Source: Candidatus Omnitrophota bacterium (GTDB lineage: Bacteria; Omnitrophota; Gorgyraeia; Duberdicusellales; 4484-171). Taken from it: 64,000 nucleotides of DNA. Of the stretch, positions 45,248-54,476 are shown piece after piece. The stretch covers positions 17,676 to 81,675 of the forward strand of contig PMCS01000006.1 in the NCBI GenBank assembly GCA_003154195.1. Direction: 5' to 3'. The first letter of the stretch is position 1. Each line of letters opens with the position of its first letter. Both the position numbers and the translations under genes were made by a program. The notes under the pieces are model-generated. The model worked only from the letters and a program-made list of their open reading frames with translations. It did no database searches and had not been told where the DNA came from.

Positions 45248-46084
45248 CTAATTTCCTTCCAAGAGCGCTTTCCGGGAATAAAAAACCGCGTTTTTGTGGG
45301 CGATATCATTTATCTCAAATGAGTTGATTTCCGGGGCGTCGTAGATTTTTAAAAACCGGCGGATTGATTTTTTTATCTCGTCACCGGCGTTAAACGATAC
45401 CGCGGTTTTGTTTACCGGCGTTACGTCGAGAATCACGGAAAGGCGGCCGTCGGCATAATAAGAATACAGGTCGTTTGTTTTGAAATTTTTGACCATTTCC
45501 TTGTCGGTTAATTTTCGTTCCAGGTTCTGTTTTATGAGATAGGCAAGAAAATTGCCCATCTCCATTTCCGGCATGGTTATATGTTTTCCCAGCGCATCGC
45601 CGATTGCTTCGGTGGTAAGCAAGAAAGTAAAAACTTCCCGCTCCTGCCATTCGCTTAACGAGATCATGCCCGCGTCGACTTTCATTATATCGAGAACCGT
45701 ACCGATATAATAAAGGTCGGCGCCGGTTTTTATATCGGAAAAAACAAACGCATAAAATTTTGGCCGTTTTTCCATACTGAGGATGACGCGTTTTAGCGCG
45801 GTAAAAATCTGGCGCATTTTTGTGTTGGCGTCGTTGTCGAAGGTTTTCTTTTCGGTAAGGATTTTATTGAGGGGAACGTAAACCCAGATAGTGTCGCCGG
45901 CCTCGCGGACAACCGGTTTTACATTAAATTCTTTTCCGCAGATATTAACCAACGATGTTTCGATGTTTTTACGGTTATAGGTATATTTAGGTTTAGAAGG
46001 AGAACAAGCCGGCAAGCATAAGAGAAAAAAAACAACAAGGACGTGCTCAACCAGCTTCTTTAAATACCGCTTCGATTTCGTCAT
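45248..46084 (-). CDS. Hypothetical lipoprotein
   Basis: Lipobox-like FFLLCLPAC. 278 aa. Its 5' end overlaps the 3' end of the upstream FtsH gene by 38 nt, so the start is uncertain. Confidence 0.5.
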   Translation of the reverse strand: MTKSKRYLKKLVEHVLVVFFLLCLPACSPSKPKYTYNRKNIETSLVNICGKEFNVKPVVREAGDTIWVYVPLNKILTEKKTFDNDANTKMRQIFTALKRVILSMEKRPKFYAFVFSDIKTGADLYYIGTVLDIMKVDAGMISLSEWQEREVFTFLLTTEAIGDALGKHITMPEMEMGNFLAYLIKQNLERKLTDKEMVKNFKTNDLYSYYADGRLSVILDVTPVNKTAVSFNAGDEIKKSIRRFLKIYDAPEINSFEINDIAHKNAVFYSRKALLEGN

Positions 46085-49067
46085 AATTGAGTTCTTCTTT
46101 TTCTAATAGCCTGGCCATCAGCTTTTCTAATATCGCGTCTTTTTCTTTTAGCAGCGTTTCGGTTTCTTTCATGCATTCCTGCATTATGTCTTGCACGTCC
46201 GCGTCGAGTTTAGCCATCATTTCTTCGGACATCAATGTTTGCCCGGTACGCTGGTTGGTCAGCGAGGAGAAGTTGCCGATAAACCCGGATTTTCCCATGC
46301 CCCACGACCAGACCATCTGGTGCGCATACTGCATGGCGTTACTGAAATCGCTGCTTACGCCGTCGGATGTAGCGCGGCATTTAAGTTTTTCCGCAGCGTA
46401 TCCACCCAGGGAAACTTTTATACTGCTTAAAATCTGTATTTTGTTATGGACCAATGTTTCAGCTTTCCCCGGCGCCCACATCACGCCGGCGGTTTCTTTG
46501 CGGGGAATAATCGAGAGTTTAAATATTTCCCGGCTGCCGGCTAAGAAATAAGTTACCACCGCGTGCCCCGCTTCATGAACGGCGGTAGAGCGTTTTTCTT
46601 CGTCGCCTAATTTTATACGGCGTTTTAGCCCTAATTCAACGCGTTCGCGCGCTTCATCAATTTCTTTTAATCCCATTGTTTCTTTTTGATTGCGTACGGT
46701 GATCAGCGCTCCTTCGCGTACAATGTTTGATATATCGGCAGGGCTCCAGCCGGCAGTAACGCGGGCGAGCCGGTTGCTGTCGATTTCCTGCGCGTTAAAT
46801 TTAATCTTCGCGAGATAGTAATCAAAAAGTTTGGTGCGGTCTTCCAGGCCGGGTAATTCAACGTATAGTTTTCGGTCAAACCTTCCCGGCCGCAAGAGCG
46901 CCGCGTCAAGAAAATCTTCATTGACGTTGGTCGCGCCGATGATCACGATATTATATTGCTCATTTTTTTCTTTGAGGCCGTCAAGCTCGGTCAAGAGCTG
47001 GTTTAAAGTCTGGTTGTATTCGCGGTCGCCGCCGGAGCGCGCGTCTTCCCGCTTGGCGCCCAGCGCGTCGATTTCATCGATAAAAATGATACAGCCGCCT
47101 TTGGATGAAGCTAATTCCCGCGCTTCCTGGAAAAGATGGCGGATGCGGCTGGCGCCTACGCCGACATACATTTCAACAAATTCCGAACCGGATTTCGCCA
47201 GAAAAGGCAGGCCCGCTTCGTTGGCCATGGCCGAGGCAAGATAGGTCTTACCGCATCCCGGCATCCCAAACATTAAAAGCCCGCGGATGATCCTGCCGCC
47301 TACTTCGTTTAACTGCGCGTGGTCTTTGATCAGGCTGACTATTTCTTTCGCTTCCTGCTTAGCGTCGTCCATGCCGATAACGTCGTCCCAGCCGATTTCG
47401 TTTTCCGATTTTTTCGTAATTTTATCCATAAGGCGAACCTTGCCGTATTCTTTGAAAATCGCCTCGAGCGCGTCGTAATCCAGCTCGTTTTTAGAAACCA
47501 ATTCTCCGGCAATACGCTCCAGGATAACCATTTCTTTGCGCAATAAGTCATGAACCTCGTTAAAGCACTTGTTGATAATATCGGCCTTATCTTTTTCGGC
47601 GATCTGGCGCGAATGCATATCCCACTGTCCGGAAACGGTATTGGGCCCCGATGTTCCCATACCCCACTTGAAAGCCATACTTTCGGCAACCACATTGGCG
47701 GTTTCAAGGTCGTTTCCCACGCCGCTGGTGGTAACGCCGAATTTTATTTTTTCGGCGCAATAGCCGCCTAAGCAAATCCGTATTTCATTCAATAAATCGT
47801 CTTTGTCGGGAGCAAAAACTTCTTCTTTTTGCGCGATCCAGGTCGAGCCCAGAAGGCTTGTCCGGGGGATAATGCTGGCTTTAAAAACGTCTTTTGTCGG
47901 AACCATAAGATAGGTAACGATGGCATGTCCCGCTTCATGATAGGCGGTAGAAATTCGTTCTTTTTCGCTCATCGTAAGGTTTATTTTGATGCCCATGGCA
48001 AGACGTTCGCGCGCTTCCTCGATGTCGGACATCATCACCGACTGTCTTTTTTTGCGGGCCGCGATTAACGATGCTTCGCGGACAATATTGGCGATGTCGG
48101 CGGGAGTGTTTCCGATGGTCAATCTTCCCAGCCGGTCAATTTTTACGTCACTGGTGTTGTATTGGATTTTGTCCAGATAATACTTAAAGATTTCTCCGCG
48201 GTCTTTAAGGTTAGGGAAGCCGATATAAATTTTTCGGTCAAAACGGCCGGCGCGCATCAGGGCCGAGTCAAGTTCATTTTCCGGCACATTGGTGGCGGCG
48301 ACGATAATAATATTTTTCTCTTTTTGCTTGATGCCGTCCATTTCCGCGAGCAACTGGTTGACGGCCATATTATAGCTTTCCGCGCCGCCCAGGCCGAAAC
48401 CGCGCGTGCGCGGCCGGGCTACGGAATCGACTTCGTCGATAAAAATAATACATCCGCCTTTCATGTCGGCAAGTTCGCGCGCCAGCTTAAAGAGTTTCTT
48501 TATTTTCATCGCGCCTAAGCCGACGATAATCCCTTCCAGTTCGCTGCCGATAACCGAGAGAAAGGGTATGCCGCATTCGGTAGCGATTGCTTTTGCCAGG
48601 TACGTTTTGCCGACGCCTGGTTGGCCGATGAGGAGCAAGCCTTTAATCAAAGGGGCGCCGATAGTGGTAAGACGCGTGCGTTCCCGGATAAGCTCTACTG
48701 CTTCCCATGCTTCGCGTTTGGCATCTTCCATACCGATTACGTCTTTCCATTTTATCCCGATTTCATCGCCCCGGAGAGCTTTAGTCTGTAATTTTGAAAA
48801 CTCACTATAGCCGCCGCCCCGGTACATCCAGTAGAGGAAGTATACGTAAATGGCGCCGCCCATGATCGAGCCGATAAGGTAGAGGTAAAGCTGGTAACCC
48901 ATACCGGCCTTCATCTGTTCCTTATAGAATGATTCCATGCCCATCCAGGCTTTAGCGCTGGCGTAGATTACCGTAATCAATGAAATCACCAGGAGCGCTA
49001 ATACCGTAATGACAAGAATGCGCAGCCAGTATAATCGTAAAAAGATTTTTGCTTTTCTTGGATCCAT
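46047..49067 (-). CDS. ftsH: Tandem double-FtsH: membrane-anchored protein with two complete AAA+ ATPase plus M41 zinc-metalloprotease units in one polypeptide
   Basis: SD aggag. Two N-terminal TM helices with no periplasmic domain. Unit 1: Walker A GQPGVGKT, Walker B IIFIDEVD, SRH ATNVPENELDSALMRAGRFDRK, HEAGH. Unit 2: GMPGCGKT, IIFIDEID, ATNVNEDFLDAALLRPGRFDRK, HEAGH. 1006 aa. Confidence 0.9.
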   Translation of the reverse strand: MDPRKAKIFLRLYWLRILVITVLALLVISLITVIYASAKAWMGMESFYKEQMKAGMGYQLYLYLIGSIMGGAIYVYFLYWMYRGGGYSEFSKLQTKALRGDEIGIKWKDVIGMEDAKREAWEAVELIRERTRLTTIGAPLIKGLLLIGQPGVGKTYLAKAIATECGIPFLSVIGSELEGIIVGLGAMKIKKLFKLARELADMKGGCIIFIDEVDSVARPRTRGFGLGGAESYNMAVNQLLAEMDGIKQKEKNIIIVAATNVPENELDSALMRAGRFDRKIYIGFPNLKDRGEIFKYYLDKIQYNTSDVKIDRLGRLTIGNTPADIANIVREASLIAARKKRQSVMMSDIEEARERLAMGIKINLTMSEKERISTAYHEAGHAIVTYLMVPTKDVFKASIIPRTSLLGSTWIAQKEEVFAPDKDDLLNEIRICLGGYCAEKIKFGVTTSGVGNDLETANVVAESMAFKWGMGTSGPNTVSGQWDMHSRQIAEKDKADIINKCFNEVHDLLRKEMVILERIAGELVSKNELDYDALEAIFKEYGKVRLMDKITKKSENEIGWDDVIGMDDAKQEAKEIVSLIKDHAQLNEVGGRIIRGLLMFGMPGCGKTYLASAMANEAGLPFLAKSGSEFVEMYVGVGASRIRHLFQEARELASSKGGCIIFIDEIDALGAKREDARSGGDREYNQTLNQLLTELDGLKEKNEQYNIVIIGATNVNEDFLDAALLRPGRFDRKLYVELPGLEDRTKLFDYYLAKIKFNAQEIDSNRLARVTAGWSPADISNIVREGALITVRNQKETMGLKEIDEARERVELGLKRRIKLGDEEKRSTAVHEAGHAVVTYFLAGSREIFKLSIIPRKETAGVMWAPGKAETLVHNKIQILSSIKVSLGGYAAEKLKCRATSDGVSSDFSNAMQYAHQMVWSWGMGKSGFIGNFSSLTNQRTGQTLMSEEMMAKLDADVQDIMQECMKETETLLKEKDAILEKLMARLLEKEELNYDEIEAVFKEAG

Positions 49068-49283
49068 GAGTTTTTGCTCCTGAAATCCGGCCTCAGGGAA
49101 TATGCCGTCTTGGCCGAATTCATCTTATTTTTACGAAGCGGGTTCCCGCAATAAAAGTATTTTTGTTTATAAGCGGGATTAACTACCCTATTGAAAAGAT
49201 ACCATAATTTTTATTAAGTATCAAGGAGAAAGTGTAAATTATTTGTTGCGCGCCGCGATTTTAGTTTGTATACTATAAAAATA

Positions 49284-49395
49284 GGGTTAAGGATTCGGGT
49301 CAAGATGCTGGCATGAGTGATGGTTAAGGTTGAATTTTTTAAAGTCATAACCCCATCCCTAGCCTACACGGGTATCTTAACCCTGACCCTTACCG
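49284..49395. repeat. G-tract/C-tract hairpin element, family H variant (GGTTAAGG / CCTTAACC units) in the ftsH-SPFH divergent promoter region
   Basis: agggttaaggattcgggtcaag...tggttaaggttg ... ccccatccctagcc...tcttaaccctgacccttacc. Ends about 15 nt before the SD of the SPFH gene. Confidence 0.75.
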
Positions 49396-49413
49396 ATTTA
49401 TTTAAGGAGGTGC

Positions 49414-50499
49414 GTGATGCGCGATTATAACGAAAGCATAAACCCGGAAATAGTCGAGAAGCCCGATTTATTTTTTTCCCGCCTCAAGGAATTCTTTTTT
49501 AAATTTATTTTGCCGGCGATTATCTTAATCGTAATTTTTAAAACTTGCTTTATTTATATCAAGCCCAACGAATTCGGTATAAAGCAGGTAAACATCGGCT
49601 TTCGGACCGGCCTCCAGCATACGGTATATCAGACGGGTTTTCATTTTTTAATGCCGTTTGGTTTCGAGATGATGCACCGTTTCCCGAAAAATATTCAGGT
49701 ATTTGAACTTACCAATTCTCCCCTGACGGCTTCGGCGGGATCGCGCCTTGAGAAAGCCGCGCATATCCAGACTTCCGATGGATTTTTCGTGGATGTCGAC
49801 GTTAGTATAATCTATCGCATTGATGACCCTTATAAAGTTATAACTACGGTTGGCCCGGGCCTGCTTTATGAAGATAGCGCTATTATCCCCAAGGTCGAAC
49901 CAAAACTTAAGGAATCTTTAGGCGAGATGACGACTGAAGAGTTTTATAATAGCCCGTTACGGGTTAAAAAAGTAGCCAGGGCGAAAGAATTGCTGAATAA
50001 AGAATTAGAGCCCAAGGGCATCAAGGTTGAACATGTATTGGTGCGTTATTTTATTTATAGCGAAGAGATCCAGCGCAATATTGAAGAGAAAAAATTAAAG
50101 GACCAGCTGGTGTTTACTAACCAGGCTAAAGCAAGGGCCACGGCGGAAGAGGCGCTGGTCAAAAAAACCACGCAGGAAGGGGCGGCGAATATTAAAGTTA
50201 AGTTAGAGGAAGGCAGGGCATACGCGGTAAGAACGATAGCGGAAAAAGATTTGTATGTGCGCACCAAGAAAGCCGAGGGCGATCTTCTGGTAAAACTTGC
50301 CGAGGCGAGGAAAACCGAATTAATCAACCAGGCCTATCAGAAGAGCGGTTCCGATAAGTTAATCGGCCTTAAGATGGCCGAAGTGTACAAAGGGTTAGAC
50401 GTGATTATGCTTTCTTCCAGCGGCCAGTATGGGATAAACCCCCTGAATTTAGAAAATTCCTTAAAGATGTTCGGCATCGAGGATAAAGGCGATAAGTGA
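49414..50499 (+). CDS. SPFH/band-7 domain protein (HflK/HflC-like FtsH modulator candidate)
   Basis: SD aaggagg. N-terminal TM anchor, then an SPFH domain (...IKPNEFGIKQVNIGFRTGLQHTVYQTGFHFLMPF...) and a coiled-coil tail. Divergent from the tandem FtsH. Confidence 0.8.
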   Translation: MMRDYNESINPEIVEKPDLFFSRLKEFFFKFILPAIILIVIFKTCFIYIKPNEFGIKQVNIGFRTGLQHTVYQTGFHFLMPFGFEMMHRFPKNIQVFELTNSPLTASAGSRLEKAAHIQTSDGFFVDVDVSIIYRIDDPYKVITTVGPGLLYEDSAIIPKVEPKLKESLGEMTTEEFYNSPLRVKKVARAKELLNKELEPKGIKVEHVLVRYFIYSEEIQRNIEEKKLKDQLVFTNQAKARATAEEALVKKTTQEGAANIKVKLEEGRAYAVRTIAEKDLYVRTKKAEGDLLVKLAEARKTELINQAYQKSGSDKLIGLKMAEVYKGLDVIMLSSSGQYGINPLNLENSLKMFGIEDKGDK

Positions 50500-50799
50500 C
50501 GTTGTGAGAAATGAGGGAGATTGATGAAGAAGGGAAAATAGGAAATTACCACAGAGGCCACGGAGGAAGAATTAATCCTCTGTGTTCTCTTAAATGAAGA
50601 ATAGCACATAAACCAATAACCAAGGAAAATAAGAAAGAAAATTTTTGCAATATCTAAAATCGTAAAGTTTGTTTTTTAAAGAAAGGTTTAAGGAAGATAT
50701 AAAAGGGTTTGTAATTCAGGAGTACACAGAGATAAGAAAAAATTATAATTCATTGTTATCCAATAATTTCTCTGTGGTTAGAAGACTGCAGAGGATAAT

Positions 50800-51849
50800 A
50801 TGGAGGGCAGAATGGCGAAAATACAAAAATTCAATAATTTCATCGTTCCGGCAATCGTAATCGGAGTTATCGCGGCGTTTTTTCCTCATTCCACGAAATC
50901 AACGGAAGTGGGTGTGCGCGTGATCAAGTGGTCGCCTTTCGTCAAGAAAGGCGTTCTTCAGATGGTTTACGCTCCCGGCGCGACCTATTTCTTCCCTCCG
51001 ATAATAAACGAGTGGTATGTTTTTGATACCAAGCTTCATAATATGGAGTTGACTACAGTCGGTAATCGAGGCGCGCGCCCCGGCAGAGACGACCTTGTTT
51101 TTAAAACCATCGATGGCAACGATATCGGCCTTGACGTTATATTTTCTTATCGTATCGATCCGACAAAGGCGCATTATATTTTAGAATATGTCGCTAAGAA
51201 TAATACAGAATTGGAGGAGAAGGTTGTCCGTACGTTGACTCGCAGTAGCGCCCGTGATATTTTCGGCGAATTAAAAACGGAAGATTTTTATGTCGCGGAT
51301 AAGCGCACGGAAAAAGCGGACATGGTAAAAGAAGCCTTAAATGGCGTTCTTAATCCTTATGGTGTGATTGTGGAAAGCGTTTTGCCTAAAGATTATCGTT
51401 TTAACGAGGCTTATCAGCAAGCGATTGAAGATAAGAAGATTGCCGATCAGATGGCGGAACGTTTTAAATCGGAAACAAAAGCGACGTTTGAGGAATACCG
51501 CCAGAAGCTTCAGGACGCCCAGGGCGAGGTGAATAAGGTGGTGGCCGATATTAACGGTGAGTATGCTAAGGCGAAAATCGGCGCCGACGCTTACTACGAA
51601 CAGCAAGCGCTGATCGCTAAAGCCATTGAAATCGAAGGTATCGCTGAGGCTAAAGGTATCGAAAAAATGATTGAAGCGCTTAATTCCAGCGGCGGGAAAA
51701 CCATGGTCAAGCTGAAACTTGCCGAGGCTTTAATCGGTAAAAAGATTTATCTATTGCCGTTTTCCGACGCCGGCGGGCTCGATTTAAAAACTACCAATGT
51801 CAATGATCTCTTACGGGTTTACGGAACCCAGAAACTTGGCGGAGAATAA
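50800..51849 (+). CDS. SPFH/band-7 domain protein, second paralogue (HflC/HflK-like)
   Basis: N-terminal TM anchor FIVPAIVIGVIAAFF, an SPFH core (VGVRVIKWSPFVKKGVLQMVYAPGATYFFPP...) and a coiled-coil region. Confidence 0.8.
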   Translation: MEGRMAKIQKFNNFIVPAIVIGVIAAFFPHSTKSTEVGVRVIKWSPFVKKGVLQMVYAPGATYFFPPIINEWYVFDTKLHNMELTTVGNRGARPGRDDLVFKTIDGNDIGLDVIFSYRIDPTKAHYILEYVAKNNTELEEKVVRTLTRSSARDIFGELKTEDFYVADKRTEKADMVKEALNGVLNPYGVIVESVLPKDYRFNEAYQQAIEDKKIADQMAERFKSETKATFEEYRQKLQDAQGEVNKVVADINGEYAKAKIGADAYYEQQALIAKAIEIEGIAEAKGIEKMIEALNSSGGKTMVKLKLAEALIGKKIYLLPFSDAGGLDLKTTNVNDLLRVYGTQKLGGE

Positions 51850-51879
51850 TTTTTTATTCCTATTTTAAATTATTTCCCC

Positions 51880-52134
51880 CATCAGCGAAGCTGATGAGCA
51901 GATATTTTTTTACGCAGTAAACCCCTCCACCGATGTTCCGGGGTTCACCGCCTTCCTAAAATTAATATATCGAGGAAGCGGGATCCCGCCGAGTCGCTAC
52001 TCAGACGCAGGCGGGAAATTCGGCTATCCCCTTACGGGGATAATTCAACTAAGCCCGGGGTACCGGGCAAGTTTCATTACCACCTCGTGCTACGCCTTTC
52101 GGACTTGCGCTCGGTTAAGCCTCATTAAAAATAT
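51880..52134. repeat. Mosaic repeat (CTCATTAA family, long form) abutting the purU start
   Basis: atcagcgaagctgat; tttttttacgcagtaaacccctcc; ggggttcaccgccttcc; gcgggatcccgccgag; gcaggcgggaaattcggctatccccttacggggataattcaactaagcccggggtaccgggcaagtttcattac; cttgcgctcggttaagcctcattaaaaatatATG. Confidence 0.9.
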
Positions 52135-52986
52135 ATGAATAACGCTATTTTACTCATTTCCTGTCCGGATCGGCGGGGAATAACTGCGGCGGTCACCAAT
52201 TTCGTTTATCAAAACAACGGCAATATCGAGCATGCCGACCAGCATATCGACGCCCAGACTAATACTTTTTTTATGCGCATCGAATGGGCGCTCGACGGTT
52301 TCCGGATTGCCCGTGACGCGATTGCCGGGAAGTTCAGTCCAATCGCGAAAAAATTTACGATGACCTGGCCGCTTTATTTCAGCGATCGGCTGCCCCGCGC
52401 GGCGATTTTTGTTTCCGGCCATACCCATGTCCTCTACGATTTGCTTTTACGCTATAAAGAAAAACAATTCAATTGCGAGATCCCCCTGATCATTAGCAAC
52501 CGCTCCGACGCGCGCCATATCGCCGATAATTTTGGGATTGAATATTATGAATTCGCTAAAACTTCGAAAAATAAAAACAGCGTGGAAAAAAAAGAAATCG
52601 CCCTGCTTGCGCAGAAAGGTATCGATACGATTGTTTTAGCGCGTTATATGCAGATTCTGTCAAAAAATTTCGTAAACCGTTTTCCTGACCGCATTATCAA
52701 TATCCACCACTCCTTTTTACCTGCTTTCGCCGGCGCCAATCCCTACGCGCAGGCTTATAACCGCGGCGTAAAAATTATCGGCGCGACCAGCCATTACGCA
52801 ACCCCTAAGTTAGACGCCGGCCCGATTATTGAGCAGGATACCTGCCGCATCAGCCACCGCGATTCGATTGATGACCTGAAGCGTAAAAGCATGGATTTGG
52901 AAAAGGTCGTTTTAGCCCGTGCCTTGCGCTGGCACCTCGAGCGCAAAATCCTCGTTTATAATAACAAAACCGTAGTCTTCGATTAA
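52135..52986 (+). CDS. purU: Formyltetrahydrofolate deformylase
   Basis: N-terminal ACT domain (AILLISCPDRRGITAAVTNFV), then a formyltransferase core IINIHHSFLPAFAGANPYAQAYNRGVKIIGATSHYATPKLDAGPIIEQD. Confidence 0.9.
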   Translation: MNNAILLISCPDRRGITAAVTNFVYQNNGNIEHADQHIDAQTNTFFMRIEWALDGFRIARDAIAGKFSPIAKKFTMTWPLYFSDRLPRAAIFVSGHTHVLYDLLLRYKEKQFNCEIPLIISNRSDARHIADNFGIEYYEFAKTSKNKNSVEKKEIALLAQKGIDTIVLARYMQILSKNFVNRFPDRIINIHHSFLPAFAGANPYAQAYNRGVKIIGATSHYATPKLDAGPIIEQDTCRISHRDSIDDLKRKSMDLEKVVLARALRWHLERKILVYNNKTVVFD

Positions 52987-53059
52987 TACAAATGATAGTG
53001 ATAATAGTGATAGGGGACACCCTTCATAACTTATTGCACACCAAAAAGTTATAAATAAA

Positions 53060-53551
53060 TTACTTACTTCGTCGTCCGCGCCCTTTGGGGTAAAATCGCT
53101 CGCCAAATTTAGCCAACTGGGTAAGGAAGTGGTCAGAGCCTATTGCCGGGACACTGCTTTTGAATAATTTTGTCTCTTCCCGATTATCTTGACTTACCCA
53201 TTGCTTATATTGCTGGGGATCGGTTAACCCATGCCCTTCAATTTCGGGATCGATATCGGTAATGCCGTCGTTTAACCCATTAAGCAGCGGAATGGTCCAA
53301 AAGATGAAAACGAACGTAATTACGCTTATAATCAGGACGCGATGATGAGGATGTTCGCGGGGTTTTTTCTCAACGTCGAAGCTGTTGATATTGAAAGTTT
53401 TCGTAAGTTTATTTGCGATATGCACGAAGTTTTGCTGAAGGGACCGGAAGGGAAAACTCCTTATATGCCGGAGCTTTCGGCAGAGCTTTATGGTGCCAGA
53501 TATGCTGAAGAAATGGGAGAGAGTATTGTACATCGTGCGCGCGCGCTTCAA
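53060..53551 (-). CDS. Hypothetical single-pass membrane protein (doubtful)
   Basis: 163-aa ORF. The TM and C-terminal part (53060-53340) is non-overlapping. The basic N-terminal 70 codons are antisense to the first 70 codons of the Fic-like ORF. May be spurious or use a different start. Confidence 0.3.
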   Translation of the reverse strand: MKRARTMYNTLSHFFSISGTIKLCRKLRHIRSFPFRSLQQNFVHIANKLTKTFNINSFDVEKKPREHPHHRVLIISVITFVFIFWTIPLLNGLNDGITDIDPEIEGHGLTDPQQYKQWVSQDNREETKLFKSSVPAIGSDHFLTQLAKFGERFYPKGRGRRSK

Positions 53552-54217
53552 TGGAGCCAGGAACTATCCGAGCGATTACTGAAAATATTAAAAAATATCA
53601 AGGGAGAATACCTTAACAACGATCGCAGGGTTACCCTTGGATTGTTGGTCGGTATCGCTCAATTTTATTTTTACGGTCTGAGAAGATACCCCTTTCTCGG
53701 TGGTAATAATTCTCTACTCATGAACATTGTTAATGATTTATTACTCCTATGCTTGGGTAAGCGGTATTTCATAGGAAACATTGATTCTGTTCATTCTTAT
53801 GCCTGGGACGATAAAAATCGGCCGGAGCTTCTTTACGCGTATTTTTTACAACGGGTGAAGATCGCCAACTCCGATAACGATAAAGTAAATTGGACGCCGG
53901 AAAAATTGGCAAGATTTAATATCACCCAGGCGGATTTTGACGATATAATAAAATATCTTTCAAGGCAGTCGCAAAGGGACGATCTCAGTTCCAGCCCAAC
54001 CGATTTTGGCGCCGCCAAAATTGATGACGGATTTTTCGCGGCAGCGGAAAATCCGGGGGGTATTGACTTCCGCCGTAAGAATTTCGGTCTCAGTTCGTCG
54101 CCCGCCGCCTCCGCTGTCGGCACCGCTTCCCCGGTTTCCGAGATAACCGGCCTCACCTTTACGATCATTTCCCTCACCGATATACCGCCGAAGGAATTAG
54201 CCTTGTTGATAAACTAA
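53342..54217 (+). CDS. Fic-fold protein with degenerate active-site motif
   Basis: GLRRYPFLGGNNSLLMNIVNDLLLL aligns with the Fic core HPFxDGNGRxxRLLMNLLL, with His to Tyr and GNGR to GNNS changes. Low-complexity Ser/Ala tail. The start may be at a later Met (53420, 53465 or 53513). Confidence 0.45.
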   Translation: MMRMFAGFFLNVEAVDIESFRKFICDMHEVLLKGPEGKTPYMPELSAELYGARYAEEMGESIVHRARALQWSQELSERLLKILKNIKGEYLNNDRRVTLGLLVGIAQFYFYGLRRYPFLGGNNSLLMNIVNDLLLLCLGKRYFIGNIDSVHSYAWDDKNRPELLYAYFLQRVKIANSDNDKVNWTPEKLARFNITQADFDDIIKYLSRQSQRDDLSSSPTDFGAAKIDDGFFAAAENPGGIDFRRKNFGLSSSPAASAVGTASPVSEITGLTFTIISLTDIPPKELALLIN

Positions 54218-54265
54218 ATTCGGCCAAAATTGCATTTTAACATATGAAGCTGGTAGGCTTAGCGC

Positions 54266-54353
54266 ATCCCCGCCCTTTTTTACCGATGAATAATCGATTA
54301 AGGTATAAAAGGGCGGGGTTAATTCGGCTGCCATCTCACGAGAAGCCTCATTA
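54266..54353. repeat. Mosaic repeat (CTCATTAA family, short form) upstream of the por operon promoter
   Basis: ccccgcccttttttaccgatgaataatcgattaaggtataaaagggcgggg hairpin + ttaattcggctgccatctcacgagaagcctcattaaaaa. Shares ggctgccatctcacg with 11130. Confidence 0.8.
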
Positions 54354-54360
54354 AAAATAA

Positions 54361-54389
54361 TTGACAAAGCTTATCCGACGACGTACAAT
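54361..54389 (+). promoter_or_regulatory. Sigma-70-like promoter TTGACA -17 nt- TACAAT immediately after the repeat, directed toward porG
   Basis: Read directly. It is followed by hairpin ccggtttcaaccgg and the short leader ttttttgcggagcaaaaaagaaacatATG. Confidence 0.55.
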
Positions 54390-54476
54390 AAAGCTTCGTT
54401 TTTTATATAATCTTAAAAAATTGCCGGTTTCAACCGGTGATTGGTATTTATTTTTTGCGGAGCAAAAAAGAAACAT

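Noticed and set aside
47287-48810. Many 60-135 aa ORFs on the + strand inside the tandem-FtsH gene (for example 47339..47707 -, 48162..48518 +, 48406..48810 +)
   Set aside because: They are antisense or out-of-frame shadows of a well-supported 1006-aa coding region with conserved AAA and M41 motifs.
50669-50860. Small ORF 50669..50860 (+) in the SPFH intergenic region
   Set aside because: It lies in the repeat-bearing spacer, overlaps the well-supported start of the second SPFH gene in another frame, and has no RBS.
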